NCBI RefSeq assembly: GCF_006345805.1
Contig: NC_043012.1
Location: forward strand, 53,010,001 to 53,074,000
Origin: Octopus sinensis
Taxonomy: Eukaryota
DNA length: 64,000 bases
Direction of reading: 5' to 3'
Shown: one piece after another, positions 50,203-64,000 of the stretch
How the letters are laid out: each line of letters starts with the position of its first letter
How positions within the stretch are numbered: position 1 is the stretch's first letter
The notes under the pieces: generated by a model
Database searches by the model: none
The model's input: the letters and a program-made list of their open reading frames with translations, nothing else
Told to the model about the DNA's origin: nothing
Position numbers and translations under genes: made by a program

Positions 50203-50520
50203 TAAATAGCTATGTTTAAGTATGTCAGAAAGTCCTGATACAGTAGTTATGAAGATAAAATCCAAATACATACATATATTCTTTTATTCTGTTACCTCTT
50301 TCAGTCATTTGACTGTGGCCATGCTGGGGCACCGCTATAAAGGGTTTTAGTCAAAGAAATAAACCCCAAGAATTTGTTTTCGTAAGCCTAGTGCTTATTC
50401 TATCGGCCTCTTTTACTGAATTCCTAGGTTACGGGGACATTAACACAGCAGCATTGGTTGTCAAGTGAAGGCAGGGGGACAAACAGACACACACTCTCAT
50501 TATATATATACATATATGTG

Positions 50521-50554
<34 letters not shown>

Positions 50555-50561
50555 ATGTATG

Positions 50562-50609
<48 letters not shown>

Positions 50610-50639
50610 ACAGAGCCATGTGTATGTATGCCGCTAAAT

Positions 50640-50920
50640 GCATATAAAAAAGAATACAAAAAAAGGGACAAAAAAAAAAACAATGACGGGTCATTCTGAG
50701 TTTTCTATCGTCAGTCAACTTCCAGATTATCTTTGCAGTTTCAGCTGGTTATACTCAACCAACCGAAACTGCAAAGATAATCTGGAAGTCAACTGACAAA
50801 AGAAAACTCCGAATGACCCACCCATCCTTGTTCTTCTTGTTCTTTCTTGTATCATCTGTCTGGATATCTTGTTGTTGCCTGTTGCATTCTTGTCCCATGT
50901 TTTGTATTCTTTTATTAATA
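50640..50920. mobile_element. Repeat family 4 copy in fold-back arrangement between microsatellites
   Basis: 55-bp inverted arms 50688-50742 and 50765-50819. Tail homologous to 43920-44010. Confidence 0.5.
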
Positions 50921-53900
50921 TATATATATATATACTTTGGGTTTCTTTCAGTTTCAGACTACTATATCCCCTCACAGTGGAGGAGTGTGGCTTAGTGATT
51001 GGGGAGTTGGACTCATGATCATTAGATTGTCGTTTCAGTTCCTGGACCAGGCGGTGCATTGTGTTCTTGAGAAAAACACTTCATTTCATGTTGCTCCATT
51101 CCACTCAGCTAGCATCAGTGAGTAATCCTGCGATGGACTGGCGCCCTATCCAGGTGGAAAACTTATGTGCCATGGAAACCAGGAAACCAGCCCTTATGAG
51201 TTGGCAGGACTCATACACATACATATATGTGTAGGTATGTCTGCCTGTGTTTGTGTGTACCCTTGTTTCAACATCACAAGGTGGTTATAAAGGAGTGCTG
51301 CCAACATACACATGATTTTGTTCATTTCAAAGTCTGTCTGTAAAAAGCAAGTCTGGCCAGGGTGAAATATTGCCATATTGCCTCATTTGGAAACAGGTGA
51401 CAAAGGAGGCACCAGAGCACAATGCACTACTTGGACTCCCTGCATCCTGTCAATCTCTCCAACCCATGCCAACATGGACCATAGATGGTAAATGATTGTG
51501 ACGATTAAACACACACACACACACACTCTCATATATATTTTATCATTATTATCATGATGATCATCATCATCACTTTAATGCCCACTTTTCCATGCTTGCA
51601 GAGTTTTATTGCATCTGATTCTCTAGAGCTGGGTGCCCTTCATGTCACCAACACTCACCTGTTTCCATGCAACCTAATGTTTCCCCTTAGCTACACATGT
51701 TCTCACAGAATATTGAAAATAAATGACACTTTGTATGAGAGTGACACTCATCTACAACCATCCTGCAATGTCAACACACACATACATACTAGCACATACA
51801 CACACACATTAACACATACACACACACACAGTAACACATACATACACACACACACATATATATACATATATATATGTATACATAGATGCATGATGAACCT
51901 CCTTCAGCTTCCATCCACCAAACCCACTCACAAGACTTTGGACCAGGGCTACAGTAGAAAACGCCGGCCCAAGATACCACACAGTGGAACTGAACCCGAG
52001 ATCAGATGGATGAGAGGCAAACTTCTTAACCACACATCCGTACATGCACCTATTAACCACACCTGCCCTTATTAACCTCACCTTCCCTAACGTGGTACCA
52101 GTATTCAATACACCAGATTAGAAAATATACAATTCCCTAAAGGGATTTTCACTACTAATAAATACAATAGAAGAGTGTATAAAATACCAAATTCTTGTCT
52201 TTTGCATTTAATGTCTTGTACTTGATTCAGATATTATATTCAATATGCCTAAGGTCTTGTGTTTAATTTTTAAAGTCTCTAAATGCAAAACTGTGCAGAA
52301 ATTGATGCATTTAGTGAAATATATTTCATTACATATAATGACATGTTCTTTAAATGAGAAATGAAAATTTAGTTAATTATTCATAAAATAACTACAGTTC
52401 ATTAAAAATAAAATTTAAAAATAAATAATTAAATAAAATAAATACAAAAAAGTACTCTGTCTGAGAACGAAAATAATTTAAAGTAAAAATCTGTCTTGAT
52501 AACCAAAATAATTTGAAACATTAATTTCCCATCAAACTAATTGCTAACTTAATAACACTTGATTAGTAAAACAAAACCAAAAAAAAATACAGAAAAATAA
52601 TATACTCTATTTTAATTAAAACTTACAGTGAAACCAAAACAAAATAAAGCAGAGTAAAATGAAACAAAGCAACAAAAAAAATTGTTTAAAAATATAGCGA
52701 AAAAAAAAATATACCAAACAAAAACCAAAAGACCAGAACCGTTTTACTAGTCACTTAGGTTACTGTATGCATATCAATTAGTTCATTATTGATTACTAGG
52801 TTTAGTAGCTATACTTTTAAGTCAAACAAATCCATCAGAGATGCAGTGGCAGAGTAAAAAGAAAACAAATCATGACATCTATGTGAAAACTAAAGCAAGC
52901 TTCTTTCTTTACTAGCAATTTCCTCGAGGAAAGAGAAACTTCACTCAAAAATAACAGCAATCAATTTATCAATTTTCAAGAGGAAATAAGTATACAATAA
53001 CACTAAATTGTAGCTTGTACACCTAAAACATTGTTTACAGCTCATTTTATCATTATTTAAGTGTTTTGCTTATATTATTTCATTTATTGAATTTATATTT
53101 CTATATGTATTTGTTTTTATTTAATTCTTGACTTGAATGTAACATAAATTACACTAAGAACAAATAAATAACAGAATAAATAAATAACTGAATAATAAAT
53201 AAATAAGTGAATAAATAAATACATAAAATAAATAAAGATGAACAAAAATAAATAAATAAATAAATAAAAGCCAAAAAAATATCATTCTGTTTTTAAATTT
53301 TTGCAAGATAGAAAGAAAGAATGGCAGAGGAAAAAAACCCCTATCAACAAAAGAAAAAATAAACCAATTATCTCAACAAGGATCTAAAAATGAGTTAATT
53401 TTATGAGTCAGCAATATCTTCTGGAGAGGGCTACACTTTACAAAAATTACAACATTCTCCAGCCCTTCGCCTTTCACTTCCCGAAAGATAAAGCATTAAA
53501 CGAGACAAGACTTAATAATATTTCTGTTGAGTGTTTTAAATATTTAACACTTTGTCAACTAGAGAGAGAGAGAGAAAGAGAGACTGAGAGAGAGAGTCTA
53601 ATATGAAAAGGTATGAATTGACTATTCAACTCAACAGATCACAATTCTAGAACAAATTGCAGACAACAGAAAACAATGTGTTCATTTGTTCCCATCTTTG
53701 CTGGCAAAGGGTAGATGGTTATTTATTTCTGGGAGCAGTTTTATTGTTGGGTGCTCTTCCTTTTTTTCCCAACATCTTTGTTTTCAAGTAAAGGATTTTT
53801 TGTTCTGTTATTTCTAGAGTGCAGAGCTAAGGGATATGATGTTTACTGGGAATGTAAATGTGATGAAACTGCACCAATTGTTTTTTCTCAAATCACACCC

Positions 53901-56130
53901 TACTGATTTCAAAATACAGGGATAAATTGATAATGTGGCCCAACATATGTTGTTTCTGAGAAAAGAGACGGAATTACTGCAGCTGCGATGATTTTGTCTA
54001 TTGGTCTGCTGGGGCTAAGTAACAGCAACATTATTCTGATCCTTTATGTGAGTGTGAATTTGAGCATGTGGAGGAGCATGGCTTAGTTGTTAGGGCGTCA
54101 GACTCATGATTGTAAGAATTGTGGCTTTGATTCCTGGACCAGGCAATGTGTTGTGTTGTGTTCTTGAGCAAAACACTTCACTTCACATTGCTCCAGTTCA
54201 CTCAGCTGTAGAAATGCATACCACCAGCGGAAGCATGTCATTTAGTGGTTAGGTTGTTGGATTCATGACAGTAAGACTGAGATTTCAATCCCTGGATTGG
54301 GCGGTCTGTTGTGTTCTTGAGCAAAATACTCCATTTCATGTTGCTCCAGTCCACTCAGCTGTAGAAATAAGTTTAGCCAGGAGAGGGATGGGCTCCACCA
54401 GGTTTTTTCACCCTTGATAAACTGCATGGCTACAGTGTCCCAATGACTCCCAAAGAGTTAAGAAACTTGTCATTGTCACTGAATCACACCCTAGTTGAGG
54501 ACAGACTGTGAAAACTTGAAGTGACACTCCATACACACATGAAATGCTAAACTATTTCACAGAAACATAGTTTCAAGTTGTAATTATTGATTAACCCTAG
54601 GTCGCTCAAGCTAGAGCTGACCTATAATCAAAGACATTTGAGAAAGTGCTATGCAAAATAGATTAGAGTTCAGTTGATGACTAATCTCATTCCTTCCTAG
54701 CTTCAGAGATCATAGTTTTACAAGTATGTAATTTAAGCCAGAGGGAGCAACTTGGTAAAGTTGTTATGGCATCAGACAGAATACCTTACAGTATTCTTTC
54801 TGGTTTTTGGTGTTCCAAATTAAAATCTCTGCTTCACCTTAGATTCTTTCAGAACTGATAAAGTAAGTACCAACACAGATTAGAAGTTGATTCCTTTTTT
54901 TTTTCTTTTTTTTTTTTTATCTTTTGTCATAAAAAGGAAAAGTTTTTCTCCTAAAACATACACTACAGCACCTAGCATATTTTGTGTCTGAACCTGCCTA
55001 GACATGTTAAGAATAAATATGCCAATAGTCATTCCAGATCTCAGTGTACACAGTGCAAATAATGATTTTTATCAGTTACCAGATATGGCTAACGGGCTTC
55101 TGTGCCTGTGGCACGTAAAAGGCACCATCCGAGCGTGATCATTACCAGCTGCTTTTACTGGCAGTGGCATGTGAAAAAAACATTTGAGCAAGGCCGTTGC
55201 CAGTACCGCCTGACTGGCCACCATGCCAGTGGCACGTAAAAGCACCCACTACACTCTTGGAGTGGTTGGTGTTAAGAAGGGCATCCGGCTGTAGAAACTC
55301 TGCCAGATCAAGATTGGAGCCTGGTGCAGCCATCTGGTTCACCAGTCCTCAGTCATATCATCCAACCCGTGCTAGCATGGAAAGCAGACGTTAAACAATG
55401 ATGATGATGATGATGAAGCACGGATCAGCAAAGAATGTGTTCACTGAAAGTATAAACAAAGCCAGCAACTTCTGGCTGATGACACACATGATAAAACACC
55501 AGTGTCCCAGAATGCCATGCACCAATGAGATGGGTGTGTTAAACACACTGTTGTCATAAAAGGGAAGGTTACTCTCCTAAGACATGCACAACAGCATCAA
55601 GCACATTTTCTATCTGACTCAACTTAAATGTGTTAAGAATAATATATAAATATTTATATTAATTCTTTCTTTTCTGTTGATGAAATCAGTAAGAAATGGA
55701 AAAGGATTGGCTCTTCTTGGTTTAAATACCCAAAAGAAACTGTATATCACAATCATGTTTCTATGATTTTGTCAAGAGCCAAAGGCTCAAGGAAGGGGGA
55801 GATTTAGATGTACGATTAATGCCCGGATTAAACTAATACATTAAGGTTCATAGAGTAATGTCAATTAATCATATACCAAGATGAAAAACCATCCATGTCT
55901 AAGCATTAACTTCATTTCGCTTCTTATATTTTAGAGACAGCTACACCCTGATTGAGGATTAAGACACCTCGAATAAATTGATGCTATTCACAGAGATACA
56001 CAACATGGAATTGAGGATCTACGAAAGGTATTGGGTACCAGAGGTTTCTGGCACAGTATGGTAAAATGCGTCTCAGTTACAGCTGCAAGAAGAAGTTAAA
56101 ATAGAGAAAGAGAGGTAGATCGAAACTCAC

Positions 56131-56222
56131 CTTTCATCTGGGCTGGCTAGTTCCATGACAACTTTGGAAAGATGGCGCTTAGTTAGTTCAGCCGTAGAAT
56201 CCAACTGGTATTGAATCAAGCT
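56131..56222 (-). CDS. COG1: COG1 internal exon (phase 0-2, 92 bp): SLIQYQLDSTAELTKRHLSKVVMELASPDE(R)
   Basis: Acceptor ctttgttctcaag|AGC, donor GAAAG|gtgagt. Phase links exon 62487-62597 to exon 39718-39876. Matches the TLTKEGFDSISSSSKELLVSALQEL segment in position and character. Confidence 0.82.
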
Positions 56223-59200
56223 CTTGAGAACAAAGAATAGGAATTTGGACACTTAAAATTCAATAATTCAGTGAGTGATATGTAAATTATATATATAGGT
56301 AAATTATATATATAGGTATCTAAAAAGTTTAATATTGTATAAAACTGTAAGAAAGAAAAAAGAAAAACTCTTCAATGCAGGCATGGCTGTGTGATCAAGA
56401 AGCATGCTTTGCAACCATGGGGTTTCGGGTTCAAAGCACCTTGGACTGGTGTCCTTTGCTATAGCCACAGGCTTACGCAATGACTTGTGAGTGAATTTGG
56501 TAGGTACACCACATTTATTTAGATGGACTGAGTCACCAATAAAATCAATGAATTCTGATCAACCTTGGAACAGAAGCTTTCTGAAAAACAATACTTTTTA
56601 ACTGCATAACTATGCCTCATCATACTCATGGGCAAAGTAGAAACAAAAGTACATTTGACACATTTCTGTTTGTGTTTGTGTATATATGTATGTATGTATA
56701 CACACACACATGTATATAACATACAGAGTCATTCTAATTTAGTCCAATATAATTAGACTAAATACATATTTCAATATCTAGAGAAATTTCTTACTTAAAC
56801 AAAATAACAGAAAAAACAAAATTGAGACAAACAGCTACACAGCTTTATTTGTTTCCTTCAGTCTTATATATTTATATAGTTCTATTGCAATCACAGGCTA
56901 TTTTATAAAGCATCTACTTCAAATAAAAACAGTGGATAAACTAAGAGGAATTAGTTGGCATAAAAGTATCAGCCAGGATTCTGTCCAAACAGCATAAAGA
57001 ATGCCAAAAGTGACATCAAGTGAAACTGACTGTAAGAGGAATATCTCTACAATTCCACGTCCTAGTATAGAAACAAAACCTTTCTAAGCTAAAACATATT
57101 TATGATGAAGTTATTTCAGCATTTTTCATATTTCACACGATGTCCATGAATTTTGGACTGGGACCAATTTTTCAATGGTATATTGATACATGTGTCAAAT
57201 TAATCTTACTGAAACTGATACACATTCTACAATGGATTTTATCAGAGAGATCAGCTGGGTTTTCTGGCCTTTTTACCAGCTTTTCCCAAATAGGTTTATC
57301 ATTGTCAGTAACTGATGAAATCTTTTATTAAGCTTTCATACCAAAATGATATGCAGTAACACTGCACCTAAAATACATTTGGAGCAACAGAAAAGAATTC
57401 TAACTGAACTGGCCTCTATCCAATCCTTAGTCATTCTATTAAGCGCTATCATTAAAATCCACTACAGGTCAGCTTCTGTCTAAATCTACTGACATGTCAG
57501 TTGGTGTCAAAGTGTTGTAAATGAGATTAACTCTTTGAAATGGCTCCAATCACTTGAACTTGCTTGTTCAACTTTCACTCCTTTCAGCAGAAAATTTCAG
57601 CTATTTTCATACTCTTTGACTAATGTTTTACTTATATTCCACAAGAAATTTCCACCCCTGTCGAAATATATTTTAGTTAAACTAAAAACATCTCACTTAA
57701 CTTTCCATCATCACCACCACCACCACCACCAACTCTACCACTACCATTATTGATATTTCATAGCTGGTTTTTTTTTTATGCTAGCATGTGTTGGGTGAGT
57801 CATCACAGTTTGAGACTGTTCTTATCCAGACTTGGACTGGTGAGGGAGCCACATGTCACTTGTATGGTTTCATTTTTAGTTTGTTTTCTGCAGCTGGATA
57901 CCCTTGTTATCATCAACCACTTTTCAGATTGTTCTGCATGTATGTATCCAATGATGGCACCTGCACTAAAGACTTTTTAAATGCCCTCAACAAGACATAA
58001 AGGTTCTCTCAAGCCAATGCCAACTCTACTCAAAACCTTTAGAGGGTCAATCAACTTACAAGAATAGCAGGAAAAATCTCTCGAAAAGAATATAAATACA
58101 CACAATTGTTTCATAAAATTAATGTATTTATCTCTAAGCACATTGCACAAGATATTCATAAACAGAGTGCCTGTTATATATACACACACACACATATATT
58201 TATATATATATCATCATCATTCATCATCGTTTAACGTCCGCTTTCCATGCTGGCATGGGTTGGATGGTTTGAATGAGGACTGGCGAGCCAGATGGCTACG
58301 CCAGGCTCCAATCTTGATCTAGCAGAGTTTCTACAGCTGGATGCCCTTCCTAATGTCAACCACTCTGAGAGTGGGTGCTTTTACATGCCACCAGCACAAA
58401 GGCCAGTCAGGTGGTACTGGTGACAGCCACACTCAAATGGTATTTTTTATGTGCCACCTGCACAGGAGCCAGTCCAGTGACACTGGCAACGACCTTGCTC
58501 GAATGTTGTTTTTCACGTGCCACCAATACACATGTCAGTTAGATGACGCCGGTAACAATTATGCTCAAATGGTGTTTTTTATGTGCCACCGGTATGGGAG
58601 CCACTCAGCGGCCCTGGCAATGATCACACTCGGATGGTGCTATATATATAATGGGTAAGAATATATCAATAAAATGGGCACAGGCAAAAAGACCACATAC
58701 CTCCAATCCAACATCAAATGAAGGAAGCTGGAGTCCAGCCAGATAAGAGTTGGCTGTGGGTACCATACTGGTTGAACTAATGAAAGTATGATAAAATATA
58801 AGTTGAACAGATTGTTGCATATGGCACCAAATGAATGGAAATATGCTACACAGAGGCTGACTTAGAAATAAACAGCAGAAACAATATTTCACAAAATATT
58901 TTCATCTTTTGATACCTCACAACCAAGTTACTATAGTTTATTCCATTTTAAATTCTTTCCTACCAATATTTATATTAGCCGTTTTCATATTTTCCTCTTC
59001 AGGCATAGAGAAAACTTCAGCCACAAAATACTATATCTCTCTCCGTTATTATTAACATTCAAAATGTTACAACATCTTACAAAACTTTCTGTATATTTCC
59101 ATTATTATTTCATTTCCTTTTTAATATTTCTCTGTCAAGAAGAACTTGTTTCACAGAATAAAATTGATTTCTTCTCACTGAGCACAAAGCCAGACAAATT

Positions 59201-59611
59201 ATTTATCATCAAATGAAACAGTGACCACAATATTTTCTTGGTTCTTATTTCCCTGGCTTTGGAGAATGAAGAGCAAACAAAATCAACTCTGGTAGTACTT
59301 GCACACAACAAAGTGGGCCAAAACAGTAAAAAAAAAACCTTTTCCACCTGTACATTCTATCATCAACACAGTGTAATACCTGTTATTACAGGGGTCAACA
59401 AGGGAGCCTTTAGATAGTCATTCAAGCTGAGAGAAATAGGAACTAAAACTCCATTAACTTACATCTACCAACCATCTTGAAAATAGAAGGATGCATAGGA
59501 TAATGTAGCCCTAGATATGCAATGCCTGAAGAAATGACTGATTGGTGCACTTTATATTATAGGTTTGCTCAGTCAGGGCTAACCTTGGGCTAAACAATGC
59601 CAACAATTAAT

Positions 59612-59775
59612 TAGGCACAGGAGTGGCTGTGTGGTATGTAGCTTGCTTACCAACCACATGGTTCTGGGTTCATTCCCACTGCATGGCACCTTGGGCAAGT
59701 GTCTTCTACTATAACCTTGGGCTGACCAAAGCCTTGTGAGTGGATTTGGTAGACGGAAACTGAAAAGAGCCTGTC

Positions 59776-59850
<75 letters not shown>

Positions 59851-60080
59851 GAATGTGTGTGTATATGTTTGTGTGTCTGTGTTTGCCCTCCCCCCCAACA
59901 TCGCTTGACAACCAATGGTGGTGTGTTTACATCCCCATAACTTAATGGTTCAGCAAAAGAGTCCGATAGAATAAGTACTAGGCTTCCAGAGAATAAGTTC
60001 TGGGGTTGATTTGCTTGACTAAAAGGCAGTGCTCCAGCATGGCCACAGTCAAATGACCGAAACAACCTAAAAGAGTAAAA
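59612..60080 (+). mobile_element. SINE family B
   Basis: Full-length match. Confidence 0.85.
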
Positions 60081-60099
60081 GCGTAATTAATTATTAATT

Positions 60100-60300
60100 A
60101 GTACGTGGTCATTCCATCTGCTAGAAATAGTAGCTGAAATCTCACGTAAATTACACCCAGCATTTTGAAAAAGAAGGAACACTATATAATGTACACTTAG
60201 ATATACAATGCTCAAGTAAAGGACGAGTTTGTCATGAATGGAATGCTTTTGAGGATAGGACTACTCTAGCCAAAGCTGATCCAAGGACTCAACAACAACA
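60100..60300 (+). repeat. Interspersed repeat family E
   Basis: tacgtggtcattccatctgctagaaatagtagc..aaatc...aacaacaac. Related at about 16615-16860, 42780-42960, 59415-59605. Confidence 0.55.
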
Positions 60301-61198
60301 ACTTCCAGTTACTATTATTATTCTCTTGCCATTTTGTTATTAAATTTCTTTATCCCATTGTCATTTATATTCTACTTGTTTCAAGCAGTGGACAATGGCC
60401 ATGCTGGGGTCATGCCTTCAAAGATGTTGCTGCAGAAGTCAACACCAGCAATTATCTTTAGGTTTGATGCTTATTCTATTGGTCACTTGGGGGGTGCATG
60501 AAGTCATCTTTAAATGGGAGATGTGACTTGAATGCTTACAATAGACGGGACTTACAGTTACATAACTCACAAAACGAAACTATCAAACAATCTTTTTACT
60601 TGCTTCCTGTCACATTTTCTGTACACAACTAACACTTTTTTGTAGCATTGAGATGTACACAAACAAAGATGATGGGGGAGAGGGTAAAAAACACAGACAG
60701 ACAGACAGGCAAACAGACAGTTAGAGAGCAGTATCAGAATGCTGCCCTCTCGGAAGTTTAATATCCCGAAAATACATTCCAAGTTTGTTTACTTATAAGT
60801 GTAACTCGTCAACTCAGAAGCCATTATATTGTATTTTAAAAAAAGTATTCAAAATATAAGAGGAAAAATATATATATATGTATATAAATATATATTTTTC
60901 ATTCATAAATTTCAGCTGCTTACACTTATGTTATATAACAAATATTGTCTTCTTTAAATGTTTTGTCGTAGGAAGAAAAGAAATATTTTAACTATGCAAA
61001 ACTTCAAGACAGTTTTGGTGTAGTTGCAGACAATATGACCAAACTTCAACAATAATGTGCATGGCTTTGTGGTTAAGATGCTTGCTTGGCAACTACATGG
61101 TTTTAGGTTCAGTCTCACTACAAGGCACCTAGGGCTAATGTCTTGACCCAGAGACAAACAATGCTTTGTGAGAGATGGAAATTTTGGAAGCCTGTCAC

Positions 61199-61237
<39 letters not shown>

Positions 61238-62486
61238 TTCCTCCAACACTTCTTGATAACCGGTGCCAGTTTGTTTCCATCCCTATAACCCACCAAGTAG
61301 CTTATAATGCTAGCTTTTCATGAGAAAAACAAAGTTTGGTCTCGCATGGGAGGTGTAGCGGTGTATCAGAAGCCACAGCTTTTGCACATAACATGGAAAG
61401 AATTTGAGATCAGACTTTCAAAAACTGGTATGAAAAGGAATAAGATAAGAATAAATTAGAATTTGCAAAGAATTATGTAGAAGATAAAGTACAGATTTAT
61501 GATAGCTGCAATCAAACTGGAAAATTGTTATTTGTTGTTTTAGGAATATGGCCAATTTTTAGTGGGGAGCAAGAGGACATATTGGATAAAATATTACAGA
61601 GATTTATATTTCTGACTTTAAATCTCCAAGAATGTAGAGAGATGACACTACTATAACAGTTTTATCTTTTATCTTTAATTTCTTTTAGTGATTGGACTGT
61701 GGCCATGCTGGGGCACAGGGCCTCAGTCAAACAAATTGATGCCATAACTTTTCTTTTTTTAAGTCTAGTACTTATTCTCTCAATCTCTATGCCAGGACGC
61801 TAAGTAACAGGAATGTAAATAAAGCAACAATGGTTCTCAAGCAGTGGTGGTAGAATGAACACAGACACAAAGACACTGTCTGTCTCTGTCTCACACACAC
61901 ATATATATACATGTATGTATATACACACACTCATGCTGGTGCCATGTAAAACATACTTGTGCCTGTACCATGTAAAAAGTACCCAATCCATGCTATAAAC
62001 CAGGTGGTGTCTCTGTGCTACCCAGCCATAGAAACCTTGCCAAAACAGACAGCTGGAGCTTGGTGCAGTGCTCCAGCTTGCCAGTTCCTGTCAAACTGTC
62101 CAACTCATACCAACATAAAAAAAAGGACATTAAATGATGAGAACAGTGATGATGATGACACACACACAACAAGCATCTTTCAGTTTCTGTGTACTAAGTT
62201 CACTCACAAAGCATTGGTTGCCCAAAGGCCCATAGTGGGAGATACTCGTCCAAAGAGAACTTGTAACGACGTGGTTGAAAAACAAGCTTCTTAACTACAT
62301 AGCCATGCCTGCATTTATGGCTAGCCAAATTCATACTCAAACGAAGATGTATTTCCTCGTAGTATATACAACAATGGTATTAAGAAGAAAACAAATGCAA
62401 AGAAAAAACGGACAAAAGAAAAGAAGCATGAAGGCCACAAAGAATATATATTTATTCTAATTAAATGAAACAAAGAAATTACTTAC

Positions 62487-62597
62487 TTTTATTCTGTCAA
62501 CAAACTGGGGCTGCAAAAATACTGACCAAACAGACATCACCTGGCCGTTGATAAATATCTTCTCACATACCATCTGCCACTTGGGAAAATTTGTTTC
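62487..62597 (-). CDS. COG1: COG1 internal exon (phase 0-0, 111 bp): ETNFPKWQMVCEKIFINGQVMSVWSVFLQPQFVDRIK
   Basis: Acceptor ttttcatgtag|GAA, donor AAA|gtaagt. Peptide aligns by eye with human COG1 ESTNHSWDVLCRRLLEKPLLFWEDMMQQLFLDRLQ (recalled). Confidence 0.88.
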
Positions 62598-62727
62598 CTA
62601 CATGAAAATATAAAGTAAACATTACTGACAATATCACAGACACAGTGCAATCAGAATTACAAATGGAAAACATTCAGTCGGCATTGTGAATATGGCAGCC
62701 CAACTGTAAGAGAAGTAGCTGTGAATG

Positions 62728-63372
62728 GCGGCGAGCTGGCAGAAACGTTAGAACGCCAGGCAAAATGCTTAGCGGTATTTCATCTGTCTTTACATTCTGA
62801 GTTCAAATTCCACCAAGGTCGACTTTGCGTTTCATCTTTTCGGGGTGGTCAATAAATTAAGAACCTGTTACGCACTGGGGTTGATATTCTTTTATTTGTT
62901 TCAGTCATTTGACTGCGGCCATGCTGGAGCACCGCCTTGAGTCGAGCAAATCGACCCCAGGACTTATTCTTTGTAAGCCTAGTACTTATTCTATCGGTCT
63001 GTCTTGCCAAACTGCTGTGTGACAGGGAGGTAAACACACCAGCATCAGTTGTCAAGCGATGTTGGGGGGAACAAACACAGACACACAAACATATACATAC
63101 ATACACACACACACACACATATATATATATATGCGACGGGCTTCTTTCAGTTTCTGTCTACGAAATCCACTCACAAGGCTTTGGTCAGCCCAAGGCTATA
63201 GTAGAGGACACTTGCCCAAGGTGCCATGCAGTGGGATTGAACCTGGAACCATGTGGTTGGTAAGCAAGGTACTTACCACACAGCCACTCCTGCACCTATA
63301 ATCAACTTAATCCCTTTGCCTGTCCTTGTTTGTCCCCTCTATGTTTAGCCCCTTGTGTGCAATAAAGGAATA
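62728..63372 (+). mobile_element. SINE family A with 17-bp TSD, hosting a nested family B copy
   Basis: agaagtagctgtgaatg at 62711-62727 and 63373-63389. Confidence 0.9.
62887..63298 (-). mobile_element. SINE family B nested inside a family A copy
   Basis: Interrupts family A at gata|taatc. Confidence 0.85.
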
Positions 63373-64000
63373 AGAAGTAGCTGTGAATGAAGTTCTGTAT
63401 CGGCAAGATGTGGATGCCACAAGATACAGATGAGCTAAATACATCTAGGAAGACAACTATTCTGGATAAAAGAAAAAAAAATTGCACAGATGCAGACTTG
63501 GTTGTATGATAAAAAGTTTGCCTCCTGACCACAGTTTTGGATTCAGTACCACTGCACACCAGCTTGGGCAAATGGCTTCCACTATGGACTTGGGCTGATC
63601 AGAGTTTTGAGAATGGATTTGGTAGACTCCCACCATATCTTTGTGTATATGTGAGTATATATGTGTGTGCCTCTATCTTTCAACAATGCATCATAGTTTT
63701 AGATGGATGTCACTGAATAACAGATATGAATAACCATATTTGGCCATGTGGAAATATTACATGGCTTGAAAACAGGTGACAGGAAGGGCACCCAGGCATC
63801 AGTAATCTGCCTCAATATACTGCCTGACCCATGCAAGCACAAAAAGTGGACTTTAAATTGTTGATGATGAGCTTGGCCACAGACACATTGTATCTCTTGA
63901 AATCAGTTGTCCAATTTTTATGTACAATAGTCAGAAATTTCTTACTCTTTTATTTATTCATTTTTATCTTTTTTTTGTTATTTTTGTCCCAAACATTAGA

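Noticed and set aside
57150-57330. Minus-strand peptide PIWEKLVKRPENP...CRMC, as a possible COG1 exon or BED finger
   Set aside because: Stops immediately upstream, a weak acceptor, and it is not needed for the COG1 frame; too short to call.

Overview
AT-rich, repeat-dense eukaryotic genomic DNA. The SINE families and microsatellite load resemble those I recall from Octopus; this assignment is an inference. The only protein-coding gene I can support is a COG1 orthologue (conserved oligomeric Golgi complex subunit 1) on the minus strand. Eight internal GT-AG exons (62597 to 19881; 111, 92, 159, 171, 93, 99, 93 and 94 bp) splice in frame and align by eye with the middle of human COG1. The 5' exons lie beyond 64000, and I could not find the 3' exons in 1-19880. 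The rest of the window is several tRNA-type SINE families (labelled A-F here for convenience), mariner/Tc1 and piggyBac-like remnants and MITEs, and microsatellites. Almost all listed six-frame ORFs are microsatellite or SINE artefacts. The most notable signal is a set of short non-coding elements, often fold-back and mostly bounded by (TA)n, that carry hammerhead-ribozyme (HHR) motifs. One is a fully canonical type I HHR at 2993-3085(+); three or four other unrelated families have canonical or variant cores. They resemble Penelope-like-element terminal repeats or retrozymes. Repeat boundaries were read by eye and are approximate unless a TSD or TIR is cited.
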